Source: an uncultured Porphyromonadaceae bacterium (GTDB taxonomy: Bacteria > Bacteroidota > Bacteroidia > Bacteroidales > UBA12481). Taken from it: a stretch of 64,000 nucleotides of DNA. The notes beneath the pieces were generated by a model. The model was given only the letters and a program-made list of their open reading frames with translations. It did not search any database and was not told the origin of the DNA. Location of the stretch: NCBI GenBank assembly GCA_964355105.1, contig CAYHCO010000018.1:5323-69322 (forward strand), in the 5' to 3' direction. This document shows, one piece after another, positions 17,630 to 26,425 of the stretch. Both the position numbers and the translations under genes were made by a program. The first letter of the stretch is position 1. Every line of letters begins with the position of its first letter.

Positions 17630-17934
17630 GATACATTTGAAAGCTTAATGAATTGGATAGCACTTGCATTAGTCATAAACTCTTTGTAAGCAATACCCAG
17701 CTCGATCTGAATGTGGTATAACCGTTCCTCATCCGCAGCATCACAATTATTGAATGCTGCTTCAAGAATTTCTATACGTATTCTTAGAGCTTTGGCTGCT
17801 GTTAGCGCCTCAGGTTTGAATTGGGAAGCTGGCTTGCCCATGATCGGCAAACTCATTAAGAATATTCTCGAACCGTGTAACTGATTGTTTCTTGGCCTGT
17901 AAGGATTCTTCGAAGATGTATACGGCACAATCAA
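17626..17934 (-). CDS. hypothetical small protein (maximal ORF; real start probably internal ATG at 17856 or 17841)
   Basis: ORF in the island early operon. Its 5' part overlaps 17810-18070 in another frame. Confidence 0.35.
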   Translation of the reverse strand: MIVPYTSSKNPYRPRNNQLHGSRIFLMSLPIMGKPASQFKPEALTAAKALRIRIEILEAAFNNCDAADEERLYHIQIELGIAYKEFMTNASAIQFIKLSNVS

Positions 17935-18070
17935 TAATCTGTTGATTGTAACGCTCCCCTTTTAGAACAAAGTCAATGTGTGGGTAAGAGAATCCGGTTT
18001 CTTTGTGTATACGCTTCCTGTAGCCTTTAGGAAGCAATTTTCTAAGTAGCTTTAACTGTGAGTTATTCAT
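17810..18070 (-). CDS. hypothetical small protein, 86 aa, first gene of leftward operon (possible Cro/HTH-like)
   Basis: ORF divergent from the XRE genes. A basic N-terminal segment KGYRKRIHKETGFSYPHIDFVLKG suggests DNA binding. Not verified. Confidence 0.45.
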   Translation of the reverse strand: MNNSQLKLLRKLLPKGYRKRIHKETGFSYPHIDFVLKGERYNQQIIDCAVYIFEESLQAKKQSVTRFENILNEFADHGQASFPIQT

Positions 18071-18225
18071 TGAATAAACAATAATAATTTGGATATTGTA
18101 TAAAAAATGTATAAACTTCGTAGTGTAATAATCAATATCTAAGATTCATTATAGATGAACAAAGTAACTACTTATTACAACAACTTATAGCTTTTGGGCG
18201 GTTTTTAACTAAATATACTCTTGAG
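18071..18225. promoter_or_regulatory. divergent promoter/operator region of the island
   Basis: AT-rich 155 bp between divergent genes. Direct repeat TGTATAAA at 18097 and 18108 (11-bp spacing). Imperfect inverted repeat ATAATCAAT/ATTCATTAT (18128-18136/18144-18152). TAgcTTTTG, resembling the Bacteroidetes -7 box, lies about 30 nt upstream of the 18226 ATG. Confidence 0.45.
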
Positions 18226-18585
18226 ATGATTGATTCTGAGCGATTAAATCTTTTCCTGCACTCGAAGAAGGTTTCAACAAAGGATTTGGCCAAACTATTG
18301 GGGGTTAGCCATGCTGCCATTTCGATGATTAGAACCGGGAAGAATAATTTGAGTTCCCAAATGTTGGTTAAGCTAATAGAGCTTTATCCGGAACTATGCC
18401 CGAAGTGGTTGATAACGGGTGTCGGGGACATGGTATGTGACTTACATAAGGATCATTGGAAGACACAAAGCGATGGAGATCAATTTGCAGAAATCCAAAG
18501 GCTTAAGGAGCAACTGGCAGGAAAGGAAGCTCTATTAAAAGCGAAGGAGGAGATTATTGAACTTCTTAGGGAGAAGAAGCAATGA
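18226..18585 (+). CDS. XRE/phage-CI-like HTH regulator with coiled-coil C-terminus
   Basis: 119 aa. The HTH LAKLLGVSHAAISMIRTGKNN plus the PKWLITGVGDM motif is shared with the chromosomal 31144-31572 product. Confidence 0.8.
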   Translation: MIDSERLNLFLHSKKVSTKDLAKLLGVSHAAISMIRTGKNNLSSQMLVKLIELYPELCPKWLITGVGDMVCDLHKDHWKTQSDGDQFAEIQRLKEQLAGKEALLKAKEEIIELLREKKQ

Positions 18586-18914
18586 TTAGGAATGTGGGAG
18601 AAATAGTCAAGCAACGGCGCTTGCAGGTTGGAATGAGCAAGGTAACTCTGGCCAAGAAACTTGGCTGCAGTCCTCAGAATGTGGATTCATTGGAGAAGAG
18701 AAAATCTATCGATTTTGAACTGGCCCAGAGAATCTCCCTACTCCTGGATTTTGACTTGTTCTCTTATTATCGGATGCCGGATCCCGAACAGGAAACCATA
18801 CTATCCGACCTACAACGAACCATTGCACAACTCACAGAGAAATATGTACAGGTCCTGGAGAAAAACAATGAATTGCATGAACGGATAGCTGAACTCACTC
18901 ACAAACAAACATAA
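18582..18914 (+). CDS. XRE-family HTH regulator with coiled-coil C-terminus
   Basis: 110 aa. HTH LAKKLGCSPQNVDSLEKRKS. 4-nt ATGA overlap with the preceding XRE gene. Confidence 0.75.
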   Translation: MIRNVGEIVKQRRLQVGMSKVTLAKKLGCSPQNVDSLEKRKSIDFELAQRISLLLDFDLFSYYRMPDPEQETILSDLQRTIAQLTEKYVQVLEKNNELHERIAELTHKQT

Positions 18915-19141
18915 AAACAAGTCATTAGTTGATTATTTGGAAATGACAAAACTCCAAACATACAATTTCGTATAAGTAATTGTGAAATATGTAACTAACA
19001 ATTAACTTACTATTAATTATAAGACAAGTAAATTGATGGAATTTGTCACAAACGGCTAACCTGGAATAACCTTGAGAGGACTGATTACAGCAGCTTTTGC
19101 ACAATTAAATTAATATATATTTGGTGGAAATTGACATTCCC

Positions 19142-19669
19142 ATGAAAACCTTGTCGACAATTTTCGCAATAGCATTTCTTATGATTGCAAACCAATTAAA
19201 CGCCCAGACTCCCGACGACCGCGGATACCTGGTAAAAGTTGGCCAGCAGGTTCCGGAGATTTCCCTGAAACTCACGGATGGCAAAACCATATCAACTAAA
19301 GATCTCAAAGGAAAAGTCGTGATGCTTCAGTTTACCGCCAGCTGGTGCGGTGTATGTCGCAAGGAAATGCCGTTTATCGAGAAGGATATCTGGCAGGTTT
19401 ATAAAGATAAAGGATTGGTTCTGATCGGTATAGACCGAGAAGAACCTATTGAAAAAGTCATCGCATTTAAAAAAGAAATGAAGATCACCTACCCTCTTGC
19501 CCTGGATGAAAAATCTGAGGTCTTCACCACATTTGCCGACATGAAGGCAGGCGTCACACGGAATATACTGATAGACAAAACGGGCAAAATCGTCTTCCTC
19601 ACCAGACTTTACGATACAGTTGAATTTGAGGCACTTAAGAAAAAGATTGCAGAGCTGACCAACCTTTAA
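19142..19669 (+). CDS. thioredoxin-fold protein (TlpA/AhpC-TSA family), secreted
   Basis: The signal peptide starts at MKTLSTIF (ATG 19142; the track ORF starts at 19121). Contains a TASWCGVC motif. Confidence 0.85.
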   Translation: MKTLSTIFAIAFLMIANQLNAQTPDDRGYLVKVGQQVPEISLKLTDGKTISTKDLKGKVVMLQFTASWCGVCRKEMPFIEKDIWQVYKDKGLVLIGIDREEPIEKVIAFKKEMKITYPLALDEKSEVFTTFADMKAGVTRNILIDKTGKIVFLTRLYDTVEFEALKKKIAELTNL

Positions 19670-19672
19670 GGC

Positions 19673-19800
19673 ACAAGGCAAAAGGCAGAAGGCATAAATT
19701 GGTAATAGGGAATAATTTAAAGGAAGAAGGCGGTACGCGCACTTTTTCCTTATTCTTAATCCTCTTACTAATTTATGCCTTCTGCCCTCTGCCCTCTGCC
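19673..19800. repeat. 128-bp imperfect inverted repeat built from GGCANAA heptads
   Basis: The left arm ggcacaa ggcaaaa ggcagaa ggcataaatt... pairs with the right arm ...aatttatgcc ttctgcc ctctgcc ctctgcc. It fills the gap between convergent genes. Confidence 0.6.
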
Positions 19801-21735
19801 TTATTTCGTCACTGTCATTCGTAGAGTTTTCGTAAAACCTTGTCCGGTAACGGTATACAAATAAGTACCCGGCTGGAACAGGGCTCCATCGAGAGTAACT
19901 GTGTGCTCCCCTGCCCCCATGTTGCGATATTTTCTGCTAAACACCAGCTTTCCGGTGATATCATTAATATTCAGCTGAATATCTGATGGTTGATCCAATT
20001 TATAAGTAATTGCTGTCTCCCTACTGAACGGATTCGGATAGTTTTGCATCACCATTCCCTGGTTCAACTCAAGGTTACCGGTACCGTCGACCAGATTGGA
20101 GTGATCCTCCAGATTCATCCTGATCATGAAAAGGTCATTGCCACTCGACCACCAGGCCTGAATTTCCGTCTGGTAAAACCAGCATTTCCCGCTGGGATAG
20201 AAATTGCTCCGATCGGACCCGATGGAATACCGCGGAGAATCGTAAGCGGTCTGGAAATCAAGGTTATTGAAGAATTCAATGGCGACCATGTAGGATTCAC
20301 CTGCTTTAAGGAATTCCCCTTCCCCATCCTTCATCAGTGGCAAGGTTACCCAGTGGTTTTTCAGGATTGTAGAATCCATCTGCATGAATTCCGAACCGAG
20401 CAATTCATAGGTGGCATCGTCGGTGGCATTGTATCCGAGGAGGACAAATCTGAAAGTGCTCCGGATATCGGCAGTATTGATATACGCAGAGATACCATTG
20501 ATTTCAATGTCCTTTTTAATGGTATACCAGGTTCCCATCTGATCGCCTTCATGCTGATACGTATACCAGCCCCAGGTTGAGAAAGAGACCTCCGGCTGGT
20601 CATCGCATCGCGAAAACACACTGTCGGTTATATTAAACGGGACCGAGGAAAAATTGTCGACTGGAATCTCGTCGGGGTCATCCATTTTAGCTGAGAATTC
20701 CATTCTGTAATGCCCGAAATCCTGAGGTAAAAACTGCTGCGCAATCCGGAAAGTGTCGGTTATTCCAGGATACAGGACGTAAGGAGTGGTATTTTGGTCG
20801 AAAACCGACTGGTTATTCTTGATGACCTTAACATTGAAATGAGTTCCCCATTGTTCGAGGTTTCCAAAATTCCGGATCACTGAAAGCATGTCATATCCGG
20901 AGATCTGCGTTTTTGGGACCTGGTAAAAGAATCCCTCATTGGTATCTGTGCCGTTATCGTAATCAGCTTCGGTATGCAGCATCTGGAGATCATTATCCCA
21001 GCCTTCCATAAAGGTAATGTCGTCAATCATCCAATAATACAACCGAGCTTTGCGCCAGGAGATCCTGAACTGAACTTCCGGTAAACCTGCCGCTACATCG
21101 GATGCATTCAGGTATAGGTCAACTTTTCCGCCGGGAGCAACATGACCGACCCTTTCGCTGTAAATTGTGCCCATTTTCATGTCGAATGAGGCCCAGTGGA
21201 CGCCATTATCATTCGTCACCTCGAAAATCATATCAGCATCGGACCAAAAGCGAAAATTCTGCTCGATCCTGATTAACACTGATGAATGGCCGCTACAGTT
21301 GATTTTGGGACTGACAATGGAGTTGTTTACAGCTATGTAATTGTTGTAATTCCCGATATCCTGGTTGTACCCGTCGAGATTAAGTGCCAGAAAACCGTTT
21401 TGCTGTGAGGTAGACTTAATTGGTGGTTCCCGGGTATAGAAACCCTTTAACGTATCGTTTGCCCAATGCCAGTTATATCCGATATCGGTTGGGTCTTCCA
21501 GCTTCCAGTCTGAAGGCAGTCGCCACCCAAGCGGCATGCTGGGATCGCCCCAGTTGAATTCCTCTTTCCAGAAAACATCGCCACCGCCCTTGAGATGGTT
21601 GTAATCGGGCAATGCTGATGTGGATAAGGAGCTACTCTCCTTTGTTGGTGGCTCCATGGCTGCAGGTTTTACCTTCTGTCCCCACAAATTGGCCGTGAAA
21701 ACAAGCAGAATGAGTGTGATGGTAAAGTGTTTCAT
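19801..21735 (-). CDS. T9SS C-terminal-sorting-domain secreted protein
   Basis: 644 aa with a signal peptide. The C-terminus NYPNPFSRETAITYKL...GTYLYTV...LRMTVTK is typical of the Por secretion tail. Confidence 0.8.
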   Translation of the reverse strand: MKHFTITLILLVFTANLWGQKVKPAAMEPPTKESSSLSTSALPDYNHLKGGGDVFWKEEFNWGDPSMPLGWRLPSDWKLEDPTDIGYNWHWANDTLKGFYTREPPIKSTSQQNGFLALNLDGYNQDIGNYNNYIAVNNSIVSPKINCSGHSSVLIRIEQNFRFWSDADMIFEVTNDNGVHWASFDMKMGTIYSERVGHVAPGGKVDLYLNASDVAAGLPEVQFRISWRKARLYYWMIDDITFMEGWDNDLQMLHTEADYDNGTDTNEGFFYQVPKTQISGYDMLSVIRNFGNLEQWGTHFNVKVIKNNQSVFDQNTTPYVLYPGITDTFRIAQQFLPQDFGHYRMEFSAKMDDPDEIPVDNFSSVPFNITDSVFSRCDDQPEVSFSTWGWYTYQHEGDQMGTWYTIKKDIEINGISAYINTADIRSTFRFVLLGYNATDDATYELLGSEFMQMDSTILKNHWVTLPLMKDGEGEFLKAGESYMVAIEFFNNLDFQTAYDSPRYSIGSDRSNFYPSGKCWFYQTEIQAWWSSGNDLFMIRMNLEDHSNLVDGTGNLELNQGMVMQNYPNPFSRETAITYKLDQPSDIQLNINDITGKLVFSRKYRNMGAGEHTVTLDGALFQPGTYLYTVTGQGFTKTLRMTVTK

Positions 21736-21824
21736 TTTAATAATTCTGTTTATTTTCGTTAAGTTACGTAAGATTAATTTTTCGCAAGGTACCTTGTGCC
21801 AGAGTTTTTATAAATGAGTTATTT

Positions 21825-23420
21825 ATGCCTATAACTATACCTAGTATTTTCAATGATGTACTTGGCCCGGTTATGCGGGGCCCATCCAGCTCACATACAG
21901 CCGGTTCTTACCGTGTCGGTCTTCTTTTGCGGGATCTTGCAGGAGAGAAACTCAAATCCGCTCTTTTTGAATTTCATCCCGAAGGAAGCCTGGCAACCAC
22001 CCATAAAACGCAAGGCTCTGATCTGGGACTGGCAACGGGTTTGGCGGGATTGAATATTCTTGATGCTGAAATGCCCCAGGCGCTTGAAATCCTTCAGCGC
22101 TCAGGTGTGGATATATCGTTCGTTATTGCTGATTATCCTGCTGATCACCCGAACACCTATAAATGTACAGTAACCGACATCAACGGTGGTGTTTATACTG
22201 CCGTGGCACTCTCCACCGGTGGCGGCATGATCCGCGTCATCGATATCATGGGTTTCCCGGTGGATTATCTTGGTGATGATGCGGCGTTTTTTGCGATACT
22301 CAGAAATGATTCAGACTGCACCGCAAGAAAGAATATTGAGGACCTCATGAAGGGTGTTCCGGGCTATGCCGGGTGCCATTGGACCACTAACGGCCCGGAC
22401 AACGGAGTCCTTTTTCGCTTTTCGACTACACCCGATCTGGGTATCTATACATCAGATTTCGAGGCGCATCTGGCGTTTTATCGCATGCTCCGTCCGGTTA
22501 TGCCGATCCCGGGATTGACTGCTACCCTACCCTTTTCCTCCTTATCGGAATTATTGCAACGAACAGATCTAATGCAGATTAAGGCCAGTCGACTGGCGCA
22601 GGAATTTGAAAGCGCACGTTCAGGCTATTCCATTCCGGATCTGAATAAGATGATGGAAGAATTGATCTTAATCTGGAAGAGCAGCATACGCTCCGGTTTG
22701 GAAGGGACGGTTTACCGCGACAGGCTTATCGGTTCGCAATCGCCCGGATTTATTGAAAAGCAGAAAAGCGGCCGTCTGATAGAGGCCGGCCCTCTGAATA
22801 CCATGATCGCCTACTCTACAGCATTGATGGAAGTTAAGAGCAGCATGGGGGTCATCATTGCCGCCCCGACTGCGGGTGCCTGCGGCGGTTTGCCCGGCTG
22901 CCTGATCGGCCTTGCCGATTATCAGGATAATCATGATAAACTGATGGATGGATTTTGGGCCGCCGGTCTTGCCGGCCTGTTTATCGCCATGGATGCTACT
23001 TTTGCTGCGGAAGTTGCAGGTTGTCAGGCTGAAACGGGTGCAGGAGCCGCAATGGCCGCTGCCGGACTCGTTGAAATGGCCGGGGGAACTGCACAACAAG
23101 CTTTCGATGCAGCTTCAGTTGCCTTGCAAAATGTTATCGGCCTGGTATGCGATCCTGTCGCCAACCGGGTTGAGATACCCTGTCTGAGCCGTAATGCCAA
23201 TGCAGGTGCCAATGCGCTGACCTCGGCGAACATGATTCTGGGGGGCATGGATGCGGTGATACCATTCAATGAGACCATTATTACCATGATGGAAGTTGGC
23301 AAGTTAATGCCGGCTTCCCTGCGCTGTACAGCAATCTGTGGGCTTTCAAACACTCCGACAGCAAGAAAACTGGAGGCCGGAGCTTACAATATTTTCAATC
23401 GTGATAACTATAATAAATAA
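21825..23420 (+). CDS. sdaA: iron-sulfur-dependent L-serine dehydratase-like protein
   Basis: 531 aa with an N-terminal GPSSSHTAG motif and a Gly/Ala-rich C-terminal alpha domain. Confidence 0.75.
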   Translation: MPITIPSIFNDVLGPVMRGPSSSHTAGSYRVGLLLRDLAGEKLKSALFEFHPEGSLATTHKTQGSDLGLATGLAGLNILDAEMPQALEILQRSGVDISFVIADYPADHPNTYKCTVTDINGGVYTAVALSTGGGMIRVIDIMGFPVDYLGDDAAFFAILRNDSDCTARKNIEDLMKGVPGYAGCHWTTNGPDNGVLFRFSTTPDLGIYTSDFEAHLAFYRMLRPVMPIPGLTATLPFSSLSELLQRTDLMQIKASRLAQEFESARSGYSIPDLNKMMEELILIWKSSIRSGLEGTVYRDRLIGSQSPGFIEKQKSGRLIEAGPLNTMIAYSTALMEVKSSMGVIIAAPTAGACGGLPGCLIGLADYQDNHDKLMDGFWAAGLAGLFIAMDATFAAEVAGCQAETGAGAAMAAAGLVEMAGGTAQQAFDAASVALQNVIGLVCDPVANRVEIPCLSRNANAGANALTSANMILGGMDAVIPFNETIITMMEVGKLMPASLRCTAICGLSNTPTARKLEAGAYNIFNRDNYNK

Positions 23421-23429
23421 TAGGGGAAT

Positions 23430-24392
23430 ATGTTAGTAATCAATGAATCTGCCCTGGCTCAAATGACCGACTGGAACTTGCTGGTCGACCATATGGTTAA
23501 AGCCATGATTGCCTATGAAAATGGCGATTTTGTTCAGCCCGACAGGGTTAGCATGGGGTTCGCAAACAACACCCTGCTGCTGATGCCTGCCCAGAGTGGC
23601 AAGTACTTCAGTACAAAATTATTAAGCCTGTTTCCCGATAATCCTTCCAGAAATGAGGCGGTTATCCAGGGAGTTGTCATCCTGAACAGCGGGGAAACCG
23701 GTGAACCGCTTGCGATCCTTAATGGTGCCAAGCTGACTGCCATCCGCACTGCTGCTGTTGCTGCAGCCGGAATCCGGTACACCACGCCTGAGAATGTGAA
23801 AAGCCTCGGCCTGATTGGGGCCGGTGTTCAAGGGACTCATCAGATCCTTGCAGCGTGTGCGGTCAGGCCGATTGAAAAGGTTTATGTCATGGATAAATAT
23901 GCCGACCGTGCCAAGACATTCATTTCTTGCCTGGTTTCCTCCCTGCCTGACGTTGAGCTTATCCGTGTGAATACCAGTGAGGAGCTTATGGAGCGTTCTG
24001 AAATCATTATCACAGCCACCAATTCCAGCAGGCCTGTGCTTGCTGACGATCCTGCCCTGCTGACCAACAAGCATTTGATTGCCATAGGTTCCTACAAGCC
24101 GCAGATGTGGGAGCTGCCCGATTCACTTTTTAAACTCATCGACCAGTGTTTTGTGGATGTGAGGTTTGCCCTGGAAGAATCCGGCGATATCATCCATCCT
24201 ATCGAGATGGGACTTTTGAAGCAGAAACAGGTTATTCCCTTAGGCTCGCTGATCGAAGGAAAGGTTACTGCCGATGTCACAAAAACTACCTTATTCAAGT
24301 TAGTTGGAATGGCGTTGTTCGACCTGTTTACCGCTCAGTGGTTCTACGAAAAGGCCATTCGGCTGGATGCCGGCGACAGCTTTCGATTGTAA
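23430..24392 (+). CDS. ornithine cyclodeaminase / mu-crystallin family protein
   Basis: 320 aa with Rossmann motif LIGAGVQG and overall family pattern. Confidence 0.8.
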   Translation: MLVINESALAQMTDWNLLVDHMVKAMIAYENGDFVQPDRVSMGFANNTLLLMPAQSGKYFSTKLLSLFPDNPSRNEAVIQGVVILNSGETGEPLAILNGAKLTAIRTAAVAAAGIRYTTPENVKSLGLIGAGVQGTHQILAACAVRPIEKVYVMDKYADRAKTFISCLVSSLPDVELIRVNTSEELMERSEIIITATNSSRPVLADDPALLTNKHLIAIGSYKPQMWELPDSLFKLIDQCFVDVRFALEESGDIIHPIEMGLLKQKQVIPLGSLIEGKVTADVTKTTLFKLVGMALFDLFTAQWFYEKAIRLDAGDSFRL

Positions 24393-24529
24393 CAGACCTA
24401 ACCAAACGGTCTCGTTTGTCAACTGATTCTACCCGCTTAATTAGTTATTATCCGGTTTTTGTGTTTTTGGATGTTTTGGCAAGTCATTTGCTTGTCAAGG
24501 GTATCAATAACCCTCAAAAATCCAAAGCC

Positions 24530-25603
24530 ATGAAAAACTATTTAACTTTTGCCATGATACTGGTGACTGGATTATCCGCTTACCCGCAGGCTACCAGGAC
24601 CGCAAAAGAATCAAAAAACGAAAAAAGCGGCAACAGGACGGAAACCGTCCATCGCAAGACAGAAAGAACCGACAACAAGGCAGCTACGCGGTCGGCAACA
24701 ACCGAAAGAAGCAAAGCTGCATCCGCCTCACCTGAGAGGACCCGAACCAGGGTTGAAACCAGGAGTGCCGAGCGTCCGCAGGCAACCACAAGAACTTATG
24801 AGCGTCCACAGGCAACGCGGTCAACCAATCCCGGTGCCCGGTCAGACAACCAGGGAGCACGCAGGTCGGTTGAAACCGCAAGGCCATCAGTTAACACTGG
24901 CCGCCCGGGTGGAACCTCTGGGACCTCATCCGCAACCAGAACTTTCCGGGAAGGTAACGGTACACTTACCCGCGATGACGGGACGGTTATCCGTCACCAG
25001 AATGATGAAATATTCAGATCACGCAAATTCCGGCTGGATTACGACAATTATGAAAACCTGAGAAGGTCGGACGAATTCAGACGTTACCACCGTGATTACA
25101 ATAACTGGTGCGGCCACAGATACGTACGGGTTATCAACCACTATCATAACAATTACTTTCCACTTGCCTGGGAGATTCGGAGAGCACGCTATTATCACAG
25201 GATGCCTCACCACATCGACCTGATCTGGACTCCACTGTTGTTCCACCGGTTCATGTTTTACTACCCCACTCATCTGGATTGGAACCTTGAGTTCGGCAGC
25301 CAGATTGAGACCATCTCAGCCTACGAAGCACAGAATTATGCAGGAACGGTAAGACAGGTTTACGGAAAGGTTGAAGAAGTGTTCTATTCACCAGAGGATG
25401 AGAACTATATCTTATATATCGGTGGGCCATTCCCCTACCAGGACATGAGCATCGTGATCCCAAAAGAAATAGCCAGAAATATCAGCCTGAGCCCCAAATG
25501 GTATTTCGAGAATGAATACGTCTGGGTCATCGGACTTATCAACATCTGGGAGGGAAAACCTGAAATTATTGTCCGCGATGAGGACCAGCTGAGAAAGTAT
25601 TAA
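24530..25603 (+). CDS. hypothetical secreted protein with Arg/Thr-rich low-complexity region
   Basis: The signal peptide MKNYLTFAMILVTGLSAYPQ starts at ATG 24530. The track ORF start at 24146 would overlap the previous gene. Confidence 0.6.
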   Translation: MKNYLTFAMILVTGLSAYPQATRTAKESKNEKSGNRTETVHRKTERTDNKAATRSATTERSKAASASPERTRTRVETRSAERPQATTRTYERPQATRSTNPGARSDNQGARRSVETARPSVNTGRPGGTSGTSSATRTFREGNGTLTRDDGTVIRHQNDEIFRSRKFRLDYDNYENLRRSDEFRRYHRDYNNWCGHRYVRVINHYHNNYFPLAWEIRRARYYHRMPHHIDLIWTPLLFHRFMFYYPTHLDWNLEFGSQIETISAYEAQNYAGTVRQVYGKVEEVFYSPEDENYILYIGGPFPYQDMSIVIPKEIARNISLSPKWYFENEYVWVIGLINIWEGKPEIIVRDEDQLRKY

Positions 25604-25648
25604 TGACTACTTTTAAGCCCTGATATAAATGTAAACTGCACGTTTAGT

Positions 25649-26401
25649 TTGGTTGACAGGGCTTTCATAGAATGGTTTTCGCAGAAAAAGTACGGAATCT
25701 TTGGTACCGTACTTTTTCATATGTTGCTGGTCGTAATAATACTGTTTATCAAGGTTAACAGTGTTCAGCAGCCTCAGGAAGAGCTGATCTATGTTGATCT
25801 CAAGATGCTGGAACAGATCAGGAAACTCGAGACCGTGAAAGATCAGCAGGCAGCCCGTCCAAAACCTACAGGCAGGCAGGCAAGGAATATCGCGGTTAAC
25901 CAGGCGGAAGACAAAGTTGAAAAGTATGAGGATTACAAGGCTCCTCGAACCTCCAGCCGCTCGATTGAACGGGAGGCCCAGGGACGGGTTAACCAGGCAG
26001 TTAAAGACATTATCAAGGAGAATCGCCTGAATCCCAATGATAAGGAGCTTCCCAATGTGGAATCAAAGCCCATCGATTTTTACCAACCCAAAAAGATTGA
26101 GGAAGAGCAGGTTTACAAGGGTCCGACCAATATATATTTCAAGCTCGACGACCGGAAGGTTGCCTACCTTCCCATCCCGGTTTACAAATGCAAGGGAGGA
26201 GCAACGGTACAGGTGGATATTCGGGTGAGTCAGCGGGGAAAAGTGGAGCTGACCACAATAAACAAGGCGGGAACCGACACATCAGATGCCTGCTTTCTCG
26301 ATGCGGCAAAAGAAGCAGCGCAAAAAACCCGGTTCAACTTCAGCACCTCATCGGCAGCCTTTCAGCAGGGATATATCATTTATCATTTCGTTGCCCAATA
26401 G
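25649..26401 (+). CDS. membrane-anchored TonB-C-terminal-like protein (start uncertain, TTG)
   Basis: 250 aa with an N-terminal TM helix, a charged linker and a C-terminal ~80-aa TonB-like domain. Confidence 0.55.
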   Translation: MVDRAFIEWFSQKKYGIFGTVLFHMLLVVIILFIKVNSVQQPQEELIYVDLKMLEQIRKLETVKDQQAARPKPTGRQARNIAVNQAEDKVEKYEDYKAPRTSSRSIEREAQGRVNQAVKDIIKENRLNPNDKELPNVESKPIDFYQPKKIEEEQVYKGPTNIYFKLDDRKVAYLPIPVYKCKGGATVQVDIRVSQRGKVELTTINKAGTDTSDACFLDAAKEAAQKTRFNFSTSSAAFQQGYIIYHFVAQ

Positions 26402-26425
26402 GTTACTGGTGTTTAACAGACGGGG

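Larger units (their letters stand above)
8570..18914 (-). mobile_element. phage-satellite-like island (PICI/P4-like architecture); boundaries approximate
   Basis: Contains XRE regulators divergent from a leftward operon. The operon encodes a primase/helicase, an iteron ori, a prohead protease, a capsid protein and structural paralogues. No terminase, portal, tail or integrase recognised. Confidence 0.55.

Noticed and set aside
21790-21805. The 12-bp perfect palindrome caaggtaccttg upstream of the sdaA-like gene as a regulator site.
   Set aside because: It is a single short palindrome with no second copy or partner regulator nearby, which is insufficient evidence to call a site.
24146-24529. 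A 5' extension of the 24146-25603 ORF overlapping the ornithine cyclodeaminase gene.
   Set aside because: The extension is an Arg/Cys-rich out-of-frame read of the upstream gene and intergenic DNA. A canonical signal peptide begins at the ATG at 24530.
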